DNA from: Clostridia bacterium
Lineage (GTDB): Bacteria > Bacillota > Clostridia > TANB77 > CAG-508
Direction of reading: 5' to 3'
Length of the DNA stretch: 64,000 nucleotides
Assembly (NCBI GenBank): GCA_051891395.1
Contig: JBJFFC010000005.1
Span: 1,141-65,140 of the forward strand
A program made the translations under genes and the position numbers. Under the pieces are notes generated by a model. That model was not told where the DNA came from and made no database searches. It saw only the letters and a list, made by a program, of their open reading frames with translations. Shown piece after piece: positions 10,377-18,893 of the stretch. The stretch's first letter is position 1. The number at the start of each line of letters is the position of its first letter.

Positions 10377-10652
10377 TTAGAATTTTGGGTAAATTGCTTT
10401 GTAAATATCATAAGGAGTTCCAATAACATAGATGGTGTCTTCTTTACACGAACCATCTGACCATAATTCAACCTTAGAAACAGGTCTTTCATTCGAATCA
10501 AGAGTAACTTTTTTTAATGAATCATCAAACTCCCTGTTGCCTGCATTTACAACCTTATAAATATATTTAGTTTGTATAAGTATATCTTTTAAACAGTATA
10601 TTTTACCAATACTATCCAAATATACACACCGTAACTCAATAAATTCTTTCAC
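10377..10652 (-). CDS. Hypothetical small protein (91 aa, GTG start)
   Basis: Isolated ORF with a weak RBS (aaagga) and its own terminator, with about 250-300 nt of non-coding DNA on each side. I recognise no family. Codon 8 is an in-frame CGG. Confidence 0.4.
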   Translation of the reverse strand: MKEFIELRCVYLDSIGKIYCLKDILIQTKYIYKVVNAGNREFDDSLKKVTLDSNERPVSKVELWSDGSCKEDTIYVIGTPYDIYKAIYPKF

Positions 10653-10901
10653 AGTGTATCATCCTTTCTTAATTACTAAGAATTGTATTATTGAATTGCC
10701 TTCATCCACCCTAACCACGTAGATTCTCTCTAAGGATTACTATACTTTAGAGATATCTAAATAATACCATATTTTACATAATTGGTCAAGGAATATATCC
10801 CCGTTATTCATATTTAATAGTTTCTCCTAAATATTTGCTAAAAATCATTGATATATCTATGTTTTTTATTATAATTTACTGCTAAAGTATCAATTATTAC
10901 A

Positions 10902-11837
10902 CTATTCTTGGAACTGCTTCACAATAGCTTTTGAAGTCAAACCAAAATACTCCATCAATTCTTCTGCCTTCCCAGACTTTCCAAATGTATCTAGCATTCC
11001 CATTCTTTCTAATTTAACTGGATATTCCTCTGTTAAAACCTCACTAATCGCTGACCCCAATCCGCCAATAACACTATGATCTTCAACAGATACTAGTTTC
11101 TTCGTTTCTTTCGCACATTTAATAATCATATCTCTATCAATTGGCTTGATGGTATGGACATCTACTACTCTAATATTAATGCCTTGTAATTTTAATTCTT
11201 CTTGTGCTTTGATTGCTTCCGCTACTGCTACTCCTGTTGCAAATACAGTCCCATCCGTTCCTTCTCCTATTTGTACTGCTTTTCCAATCTCAAATATTTG
11301 ATTTTCATCATAAATTTGACTTGTTTTCATTCTTGCCAATCTTAAATAAACTGGTCCTTTTATTTTCGCTATTTCTTTCACAGCCCATTTCGTTTGAGCA
11401 TCATCTGAAGTTGATAGTACAACCATATTAGGTAAAGTTCTCATCATAGAAATATCTTCTAACATTTGATGTGTTGCTCCATCTTCACCAACTGTTATTC
11501 CTGAATGAGTTGCGCAAATTTTCACGTTTAAATTTGGATAACAGATACTATTTCTAATTTGATCATAGGCTCTCCCGGCTGCAAAAGCCGCAAATGTACT
11601 TGCATATGGTATTTTTCCACAAGTTGCAAAACCAGCAGCTGTTCCCATCATATTCGCTTCTGCAATTCCCATATCAAAGAAACGGTTTGGAAATTCCTTA
11701 GCAAATAAACTTGTTTTGGTCGCACTTGATAAATCAGCATCTAATACAACCACATTTTCATTTTCTTTTCCCAGTTCTAACAAAGCCTCTCCATAGCTTT
11801 GACGTGTTGCTTTTTTCTCTTTTTCCATATTTTTCAA
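10902..11837 (-). CDS. Transketolase, C-terminal (pyrimidine-binding) subunit
   Basis: 311 aa in the split-transketolase arrangement, with motifs FFDMGIAEANM and HQMLEDISMMR. Confidence 0.9.
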   Translation of the reverse strand: MKNMEKEKKATRQSYGEALLELGKENENVVVLDADLSSATKTSLFAKEFPNRFFDMGIAEANMMGTAAGFATCGKIPYASTFAAFAAGRAYDQIRNSICYPNLNVKICATHSGITVGEDGATHQMLEDISMMRTLPNMVVLSTSDDAQTKWAVKEIAKIKGPVYLRLARMKTSQIYDENQIFEIGKAVQIGEGTDGTVFATGVAVAEAIKAQEELKLQGINIRVVDVHTIKPIDRDMIIKCAKETKKLVSVEDHSVIGGLGSAISEVLTEEYPVKLERMGMLDTFGKSGKAEELMEYFGLTSKAIVKQFQE

Positions 11838-11853
11838 CTCTCCTTTTAAAAAA

Positions 11854-11984
11854 GTGAGACACAGGGGACAGTGCTTTTTTGTCCTATTTTTTTGTCTTAT
11901 TTTGCCGTTTTTTGTCTATTATTTTTATTCGACATTTTTCAGCTCAATTTATGGGACATTTAAGGACTGTCCCCCTTGTCTCAC
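11854..11984. repeat. Long inverted-repeat element inserted between the two transketolase subunit genes
   Basis: Arms gtgagacacaggggacagtgc (11854-11874) and ggactgtcccccttgtctcac (11964-11984). The arm sequence is similar to the element at 37580-37700. A partial duplication cccttgtctca lies next to the right arm and overlaps the tktN stop. Confidence 0.7.
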
Positions 11985-11992
11985 CCCTTGTC

Positions 11993-12826
11993 TCATTCTT
12001 CGTTTAATTCATTTATAGCTTGCCTATATTCATGTTCATTTGGCGCTTTTCCATGCCAGTCAACCTGATTTTCCATAAAAGATACACCTTTCCCTTTTAT
12101 TGTTTTTGCAATAATACAAGTGGGCTTTTCTTTTATATTTTTTGCTACTTCAAATGCTTTCATAATTTCATCTATGTCATGCCCATCAATCTTAATAACT
12201 TGGAATCCAAAACTTCTAAATTTCTCATCGATCGGATAAGAACTCATAACTTCTTCAATCGTTCCATCTATTTGCAAATTGTTATTATCTATAATAAGGC
12301 ATAAATTATCTAGTTTATATTTATTAGCTGCCATTGCCGCTTCCCAAACTTGCCCTTCTTCTATTTCACCATCTCCAAGCACACAATAAACGCGATAATC
12401 CTTTTTATCTAATTTTCCTGCTATCGCCATCCCATTTGCTGCTGATATCCCTTGCCCCAATGAACCTGTTGTCATATCTACTCCAGGCACTTTATTCATA
12501 TCCGGATGTCCTTGCAGATTACTGTCAATATTTCTAAATTTTTTTAACTCTTCTTTATCAAAAAATCCTCTATTGGCTAAACAACTGTATAATGCTGGTG
12601 AACAATGTCCCTTTGATAAAACCATTCTATCCCTATTTTCCCATTTCGGATTTTTCTCGTCTATGTTTAGTTCATTAAAATACAATACTGTTAAAATGTC
12701 TGCTATTGAAAGTGAACCTCCTGGATGTCCTGAAGCAGCACTATATACTTGCTCTATAATTCCTCTTCTAACCTCTTTTGCTTTTTTCTGCAATTTATCC
12801 ACTTCTGTTATCTTCAAAAAAATCAC
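11993..12826 (-). CDS. Transketolase, N-terminal (TPP-binding) subunit
   Basis: 277 aa with motifs GHPGGSLS, SKGH and GDGEIEEGQVWEA. Confidence 0.9.
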   Translation of the reverse strand: MIFLKITEVDKLQKKAKEVRRGIIEQVYSAASGHPGGSLSIADILTVLYFNELNIDEKNPKWENRDRMVLSKGHCSPALYSCLANRGFFDKEELKKFRNIDSNLQGHPDMNKVPGVDMTTGSLGQGISAANGMAIAGKLDKKDYRVYCVLGDGEIEEGQVWEAAMAANKYKLDNLCLIIDNNNLQIDGTIEEVMSSYPIDEKFRSFGFQVIKIDGHDIDEIMKAFEVAKNIKEKPTCIIAKTIKGKGVSFMENQVDWHGKAPNEHEYRQAINELNEE

Positions 12827-12950
12827 TCTCCTTTATTCTAAATTTAATATAACACAACTTTATCATTTTTACTACATTAATAAAAAAATTTTTCTGTTAT
12901 ATTTTATCTTATGCTATAATAATTATATATAAATAGAAAGGACTGGTTGT

Positions 12951-14372
12951 ATGTTAGATTATATTGATCATTTAAAAGATGAAATAATAGAAAAAACGCA
13001 AGAATTAATTCGCATTCCTAGTGTCTACTCAAAATCAGATGATGTAAGCAAGCCATTTGGAGAAAATGCTAATAAAGCTTTAGACTACATTTTAGATTTA
13101 GGCAAAAATCTGGGCTTTCGAACCAAAAATTTAGATGGATATTGTGGTTATATAGAATTCGGCGAAGGAGAGGAGTTAATCGGAATCATTGGGCACTTAG
13201 ATGTTGTTCCAGAAGGTGAAGGTTGGACTTTTCCCCCATTTAGTGCCACTATTTCTGATAACAAAATATTTGGTAGAGGTGCTATTGATGACAAGGGCCC
13301 TGTTATTAGCTCTCTATATGCCATGAAAGCAGTTATGGAAAATTGTAAAGTCCATAAAAGAGTCCGACTAATTTTAGGATTAAATGAAGAAAAAGATTGG
13401 AATTGTATAAAACATTACAAAGAAGTTGAAGAAATGCCTACTTTTGGCTTTAGTCCAGATGCTGATTTTCCCTGTATCTATGCTGAAAAGTCAATCTTAA
13501 ATTGCTCTATTAATATGAAATATGAAAATTTGAATCTTTCCTCTATTAAAATTAAAGAAATTGATTGTAATAACAATGCTTTAAATGTAGTTCCTAAGTT
13601 TTGTAGTGTGATAATTACCATTGATGATTCTAAAATAAAAATGCAAGATTTCATAGAAAATATTAAAGAACTAATTACTAAAAATAACTTTGAAATTGAT
13701 ATTTATAAAATGAGTGAACAAGAATTAAAGCTTACTTCTCATGGTGTTCAAGCACATGGTGCACATCCCGATTTAGGAGTAAATGCCATTTCTAGGTTAG
13801 TCGTTATACTTAATCAAATCTGTAAGCAATATGATATTTCCAATGAATTATTTGACTTTTTTAATCTATATATCGGCACAGAATACGATGGTAAATCACT
13901 TGGTATTAACGTAGAAGATGAATCTGGAAAATTGACTTTAAATGTTGGTCATTTGAGCCTTAAAGATTCTAGGCTAGAAATGGGAATGAATATAAGAATT
14001 CCTATTCATACTTCTGCCTGCGTTGTAAAAGAATCCTTTATTAAGCATTGCAGTTTATATCAAAATTTAAACTTTTGTGAGAAACATAATACTCCCTCAC
14101 TATATATTCCAAAAGATAATATTTTAATAACTACTCTTTGCAATATTTTTAATGAAACAGCCCATTCAAAAGCAGAACCAATTGCCATAGGTGGTGCTAC
14201 CTATGCTAGAGCTTTTAAAAATTGCGTATCTTTTGGAGCAAATTTTCCTGATCATAAAGATATGTGCCATCAAACAGATGAATTTATTGATATTGATGTT
14301 TTACTTTTGTCTTGTAAAATTTATGCAAAAGCTGTTGTAAAATTAAGCTCAGAAAATTTTAAAATCCAGTAA
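12951..14372 (+). CDS. pepV: M20 family dipeptidase (PepV-like)
   Basis: 473 aa with motifs GHLDVVPEGEGW and GRGAIDDKGP. Confidence 0.85.
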   Translation: MLDYIDHLKDEIIEKTQELIRIPSVYSKSDDVSKPFGENANKALDYILDLGKNLGFRTKNLDGYCGYIEFGEGEELIGIIGHLDVVPEGEGWTFPPFSATISDNKIFGRGAIDDKGPVISSLYAMKAVMENCKVHKRVRLILGLNEEKDWNCIKHYKEVEEMPTFGFSPDADFPCIYAEKSILNCSINMKYENLNLSSIKIKEIDCNNNALNVVPKFCSVIITIDDSKIKMQDFIENIKELITKNNFEIDIYKMSEQELKLTSHGVQAHGAHPDLGVNAISRLVVILNQICKQYDISNELFDFFNLYIGTEYDGKSLGINVEDESGKLTLNVGHLSLKDSRLEMGMNIRIPIHTSACVVKESFIKHCSLYQNLNFCEKHNTPSLYIPKDNILITTLCNIFNETAHSKAEPIAIGGATYARAFKNCVSFGANFPDHKDMCHQTDEFIDIDVLLLSCKIYAKAVVKLSSENFKIQ

Positions 14373-14392
14373 AATACTGGATTTTATTTTGT
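14361..14392 (+). terminator. Rho-independent terminator of pepV
   Basis: aaaatccagt-aaaat-actggatttt followed by T-rich sequence. It overlaps the stop codon. Confidence 0.75.
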
Positions 14393-14411
14393 AAAATTAC
14401 CTATATCATAT

Positions 14412-14604
14412 AAAAAGCCCCGCCTTAGCCGTCAGATGTCTAAATTTTTAAGGACCTGCTCCTAAAAACAGGTGGGTGCCTACCTGAATACTCATGGGCT
14501 TCTCACTATATAATGTGAGCTTGCACGCCATATTCTAGAGATTCAGCCCCTCTTATCGTGTGTTGGTTCTAAAAATTTAAGTCTATACGTACTATGCAGG
14601 GAAA
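14412..14604 (-). ncRNA. ssrS: Candidate 6S RNA (rod-shaped structured RNA of about 190 nt)
   Basis: A G+C-enriched island in AT-rich intergenic DNA. On the minus strand, the 5' end ccctgc...gacttaaatttttagaacc pairs with the 3' end ggtccttaaaaatttagac...gcgggg plus a U run. There is an internal helix (ctgaatctc/gagtattcag) and an apical hairpin (ctcac-attatata-gtgag). A large asymmetric central loop contains GGCACCCACCUG. Folded by eye only. Confidence 0.5.
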
Positions 14605-14863
14605 ATTATTTACTTTTTTATTTACTTAATTTCTTAAGTTATTTATATTTTAGCATAAGTACACACAGTTTACAAATGAAATTTTTTCCTAAAATATTTT
14701 TAATTTTCACTTTATATAATGATATCTTATTTTTTTTAATTTATACTCCTTTATTTATACTTTTTCATTACTTGATTTTTCATAAGATATATGCTAAAAT
14801 AAATTAAGTTTGTGAGTAGTAGAGAATAAAATTCTCTACTTTTTTTGATGTCAGTTTATTTCT

Positions 14864-15538
14864 CTACATTACATATAATAAGATGCAGAAAAATTGTAAT
14901 AAACTTCCTAATAATATAAATAAATGAAATACAGAGTGCATATATTTATGCTTTTTACCAAGTCCATACAATATAGCACCTACTGTATACGCTATTCCAC
15001 CAGCTACTAATAAAATTATCCCATTCATTCCTAGCACTTTCGGTAATAAATTTACTTTTACTAAAATACACCATCCCATAGCCAAATAGCATATCATAGA
15101 AAACACTTTAAATTTTTTTATATCAATTGAATTTAATACAATTCCTAGAATCGCCAATCCCCATATAATTCCAAAAATAGCCCATCCAGCAAAAACATCA
15201 TGTTGTCTAATAGCACATAACGCAAAAGGCGTATAAGATCCTGCTATTAACAAAAAGATAGAACAGTGATCTAGTACTTGAAATACTTTTTTAGAATTTC
15301 TTTTTGGACTTAATCCATGATAAATACTTGACATTGTGTACAATATAATCATAGTCACACCATATATTGCACCACTTACAATTCCATAAACATTATCATG
15401 AACTGCTGCAAATACAACACATAATACAGTTGCTACAATCCCAAGAACAGCTCCAACAATATGTGATGTCATATTAAATATTTCTTCCCCTTTTGTATAA
15501 GTAGGTAATATTCTATCTTTTAATTTTGTTCTATTCAT
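14864..15538 (-). CDS. Hemolysin III / PAQR family membrane protein
   Basis: 7 TM helices with characteristic motifs SSIYHG, LDH and HSVFHLF. Confidence 0.85.
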   Translation of the reverse strand: MNRTKLKDRILPTYTKGEEIFNMTSHIVGAVLGIVATVLCVVFAAVHDNVYGIVSGAIYGVTMIILYTMSSIYHGLSPKRNSKKVFQVLDHCSIFLLIAGSYTPFALCAIRQHDVFAGWAIFGIIWGLAILGIVLNSIDIKKFKVFSMICYLAMGWCILVKVNLLPKVLGMNGIILLVAGGIAYTVGAILYGLGKKHKYMHSVFHLFILLGSLLQFFCILLYVM

Positions 15539-15610
15539 TTAATTCCTCACTTTTCTTATTTTTGACATTATAACATATTTGCTCTTATAAGTGAAGTTTT
15601 TTATGAAATA

Positions 15611-16324
15611 TTATTCTTTTATTTCCTTTGATAATTTTCCAATCGCTTTTGTTTCAATTCTAGATACATAAGAACGAGAAATCCCCATCATTTTTGCTAT
15701 CTCATTTTGTGTCTTAGGTTTATGACCGCCGAAGTCCGAATCGAAGCTCTAAAATTATTTTTTCTCTATCTTTTAATATATCTTTCATTTTTTCATATAA
15801 CAATTTTATTTTCATTTTTATATCTACTATTTCTTCTACATTTCTATCGCTATTTTCTAGCACCTCTTGCAAAGTTACTACATTGTCATCCTTATCTTTT
15901 CCGTATTGGCTCATTTAAATACACTTCTGCTCCTAATTTTTTAGTAGCTCTTAAATGCATTAATATTTCATTGTCGATACATCTTGATACATAGGTAGAA
16001 AGTCTTGCTCCCTTTTCTAAATTAAAACTGTTAATTCCTTTAATAAGACCTATTGTTCCTATTGATATCAAATCATCTTGATCCACTTTAGAATTGCTAT
16101 ATTTTTTAGCTACATGCGCTACTAATCTCAAGTTTCTTTCAATTAAAATGTTTCTTGCTTCATCATCTCCTTTTGCCATTTGTTCTAAACAATTTTTTTC
16201 CTCTTCTGCTGATAATGGTTCTGGAAATAAATTCCCTCCTTGAATATATCCGAACTACAAATACTGCTGATTTCAAAAATTCAAAAAAGCTGTATATACC
16301 AGTCATACAAAGTGCTGATAACAT
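15611..16324 (-). pseudogene. sigK: Sporulation sigma factor SigK (pro-sigma-K), reading frame broken three times, each at an in-frame CGG (pseudogene or +1 recoded)
   Basis: RBS ggaggtg plus ATG at 16324. The pieces are MLSALCMTGIYSFFEFLKSAVFVV | GYIQGGNLFPEPLSAEEEKNCLEQMAKGDDEARNILIERNLRLVAHV...NEPI | GKDKDDNVVTLQEVL...ELRFGL | GGHKPKTQNEIAKMMGISRSYVSRIETKAIGKL*. They are collinear with B. subtilis SigK as recalled from memory. Shifts occur at fwd 16250-16252, 15901-15903 and 15729-15731. There is no intervening (skin-like) element. Confidence 0.85.
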
Positions 16325-16454
16325 AAATGCACCTCCATTTTCTTGATACTAAAAATTATATGAATAAAAAAAATAAAAGTGCATGACCCAAAAAATTTTA
16401 TATTTTTAGAATTTTTTATTTTCTACTTCATAAATTAAATAGAGGTGTTATTTT

Positions 16455-17255
16455 ATGACTTTTTTATGGAATTGTGCAAAAGGCATTGCAATCGGTGCAG
16501 GTGCTATTCTTCCTGGGATTAGTAGTGGTGTCCTTTGTGTTATCTTCGGCATATATGAAAAGCTACTAGATAGCATTCTAAATTTTTTTAATGATATTAA
16601 AAAAAATACCAAATTTTTATTTCCAATTATTGTTGGTGTTGGAATTGGTGTATTGATTTTTAGTAACCTTCTCAATTATTTGCTTTTTCAGTTTCCGATA
16701 CAAACAAAATCTATTTTCATTGGACTAATTTTAGGCAGTATACCCAGCTTAATAAAAGAAGTTAATCATAAAACAAATTTTAAATTTCACTATTTTTTAT
16801 ATACATTATTAGCTTTTATTGTTGGTATAGTTTCAGTAATATTAGAAAAACATATATCTACTTCCTCTGTTTCTAGTAACTTCAGTTATCTCTATCTAAT
16901 TTTATCTGGTTTTGTTATGTCTGTTGGAATTATTGTTCCAGGTGTTAGCAGTACCATTATTTTGATGCTTATGGGGATATATTCTACTTATTTGTCATCT
17001 GTTTCTTATTTATACTTTCCTGTACTAATTCCAATGGGAATTGGCCTAATTTTAGGTTGTCTTATTTGTATGAAAATAACTAAATTTTTGCTAAATCGTT
17101 TCTATGCTCAAACTTTTTATGCTATTGTTGGTTTTACACTTGGTTCCATTTTTGTACTTTTGCCTGATGTCGGATTTAACTTAAATGGACTTATTTGTAT
17201 TTTATGCATATTATTAGGTATTTACATATTTAAAATTTTGGGCAAAGACACATAA
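16455..17255 (+). CDS. DUF368 family membrane protein (PopT-type polyprenyl-phosphate transporter family)
   Basis: 266 aa, polytopic, with the duplicated motif G.AILPGISSG / GIIVPGVSS typical of DUF368. Confidence 0.8.
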   Translation: MTFLWNCAKGIAIGAGAILPGISSGVLCVIFGIYEKLLDSILNFFNDIKKNTKFLFPIIVGVGIGVLIFSNLLNYLLFQFPIQTKSIFIGLILGSIPSLIKEVNHKTNFKFHYFLYTLLAFIVGIVSVILEKHISTSSVSSNFSYLYLILSGFVMSVGIIVPGVSSTIILMLMGIYSTYLSSVSYLYFPVLIPMGIGLILGCLICMKITKFLLNRFYAQTFYAIVGFTLGSIFVLLPDVGFNLNGLICILCILLGIYIFKILGKDT

Positions 17256-17260
17256 ACTAA

Positions 17261-17500
17261 GCGTAATTTGGGACGGTTCTTTTTGATCCTTTTCTGCTTA
17301 CTATTAAAGTCTAAGTGATTTTATATTATTTTTTTACACCTTGTGTGTCGCAACCAACTAAATTTTATTTTTTGTAGGTTGCTCCAATCGCACTCGCTTT
17401 CGCTCGTTTGGCCGCTTACGCGGTGTTACAAAAATAATATAAAATCACTTAGACTTAGCTATAAGTTTTAGGAATCAAAAAGAACCGTCCCAAATTGCGC
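17261..17500. repeat. 240-bp nested palindromic element between convergent genes
   Basis: Outer arms gcgtaatttgggacggttctttttgat (17261-17287) and atcaaaaagaaccgtcccaaattgcgc (17474-17500), 1 mismatch. Inner arms aagtctaagtgattttatattattttt (17307-17333) and their reverse complement (17430-17456) are perfect. The G+C-rich core is about 90% identical to the reverse complement of 30591-30685. Confidence 0.85.
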
Positions 17501-17501
17501 C

Positions 17502-18740
17502 TTATTTTTTTCTTCTGATAATCCAATCTTTTTCACATTTGATTGGTAATTTCATCTTTACTTTTTGTCCTTTTACTCCTGGACTCACTTCTTGAATTGG
17601 TTGGTCTGTTTCTTCATTATAAAGCTGTTCTATTTTAAATTCTACTGGTTCTATTTTATTTGGTACGATAATCTCCAAAGAATCTCCTACCATTAGTTTA
17701 TTTTTTATTTCTATAGTAGAAAGCTTTTCATCATATTCTACTACTTTTCCACCAAATTCATAGTTTTCATTATATTGTCTTCCACTATATTCTTGAATAT
17801 CTTTATTTTTTCTGTCATTAAAATAAAATGTTGTTAGTCCTCTAGTTTTTACTTTTTCTAATTCTTTTAAATATTTTGTATAATCATAATTTTGGGAATC
17901 CTTTTTATAATCATCAATAGCATTTCGATAGCTATTTATAACACTTGCCAAATAGTATTCTGTCTTCAATCTACCCTCTATTTTCAAACTATCTACTCCC
18001 ATTTCAATAATTTCTGGTAATTCTTTGATTAAACACAAATCTTTTGATGAGAAGATACTTGTTCCATGTTCATCTGTTTCAATTGGCATCAATTCTCCTG
18101 GATTGTTTTTTTCTTCTGCATACAAATTGTAAGACCATCGACAGCTTTGAGCACAGTCGCCAAGGTTTGCACTTCTACAAGATAAGAAATCACTTAAAAA
18201 GCATCTCCCCGAGTAAGCAAAACAAATTGCTCCATGAATAAATATTTCTACTTCCATTCCTTCAGGTTTATTTTCCATTATATATTTTAATTGCTCTTTA
18301 TTCATTTCTCTTGCCATAATCATTCTTTTTGCACCATTTTTATACCAAAAATTACAACTATGTAAACTAACTAAATTTGCTTGCGTACTTACATTTATTG
18401 CGACACTTGGAGCATATTCTTTTAATACATCAATTACTCCTCCATCTGCTGCAATAATCCCATCTGGCTTCAATATCTCTAATTTTTTTGCCATTTCTAT
18501 TATTTCTTCATATTTTTCATCCCATGCAAATATGTTTAATGTTACATATACTTTTTTTCCTATTTTATGCGCATATTTTATTGTTTTTTCTAAATCATCA
18601 TCTTGCATATCTGCTCTTGTTCTTAATGACAAAGATGACGTTCCACAATATACTGCATCTGCTCCATACAAAAATGCAATTTTCGCTTTTTCAAATGATC
18701 CTGCTGGTGCTAGTAATTCTATTTGTTTCATTTTATTCAT
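17502..18740 (-). CDS. Peptidase U32 family protein (TrhP/YrrO-like)
   Basis: 412 aa with typical U32 N-terminal ELLAPAG and the motif E.F.HGA.C...SGRC.LS. Confidence 0.9.
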   Translation of the reverse strand: MNKMKQIELLAPAGSFEKAKIAFLYGADAVYCGTSSLSLRTRADMQDDDLEKTIKYAHKIGKKVYVTLNIFAWDEKYEEIIEMAKKLEILKPDGIIAADGGVIDVLKEYAPSVAINVSTQANLVSLHSCNFWYKNGAKRMIMAREMNKEQLKYIMENKPEGMEVEIFIHGAICFAYSGRCFLSDFLSCRSANLGDCAQSCRWSYNLYAEEKNNPGELMPIETDEHGTSIFSSKDLCLIKELPEIIEMGVDSLKIEGRLKTEYYLASVINSYRNAIDDYKKDSQNYDYTKYLKELEKVKTRGLTTFYFNDRKNKDIQEYSGRQYNENYEFGGKVVEYDEKLSTIEIKNKLMVGDSLEIIVPNKIEPVEFKIEQLYNEETDQPIQEVSPGVKGQKVKMKLPIKCEKDWIIRRKK

Positions 18741-18893
18741 TCCTTTTTTATCGTTTTTTATATATTATATAAGTCAAATCCAATATTGTCAACAAGTTCA
18801 TGGCTTTTCTTCTTTTCTTTTTATTGATTTTATGATATAATGTAAGTATACACTAAATGTGTATTTTAAAAAAAATTGAAAGGAGGTCGGCAT

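Noticed and set aside
14412-14604. SRP RNA, RNase P RNA or tmRNA as the identity of the structured RNA
   Set aside because: It has no GGAA/AGCAGC helix-8 motif (SRP), no GAGGAAAGUCC (RNase P), and no tRNA-like end or tag ORF (tmRNA). The rod shape with a large central loop fits 6S better.
15611-16324. A skin-like intervening element or other DNA insertion interrupting sigK
   Set aside because: The three sigK pieces are directly contiguous and collinear with full-length SigK. Each junction is a single-nucleotide frame change, and no extra DNA lies between the pieces.
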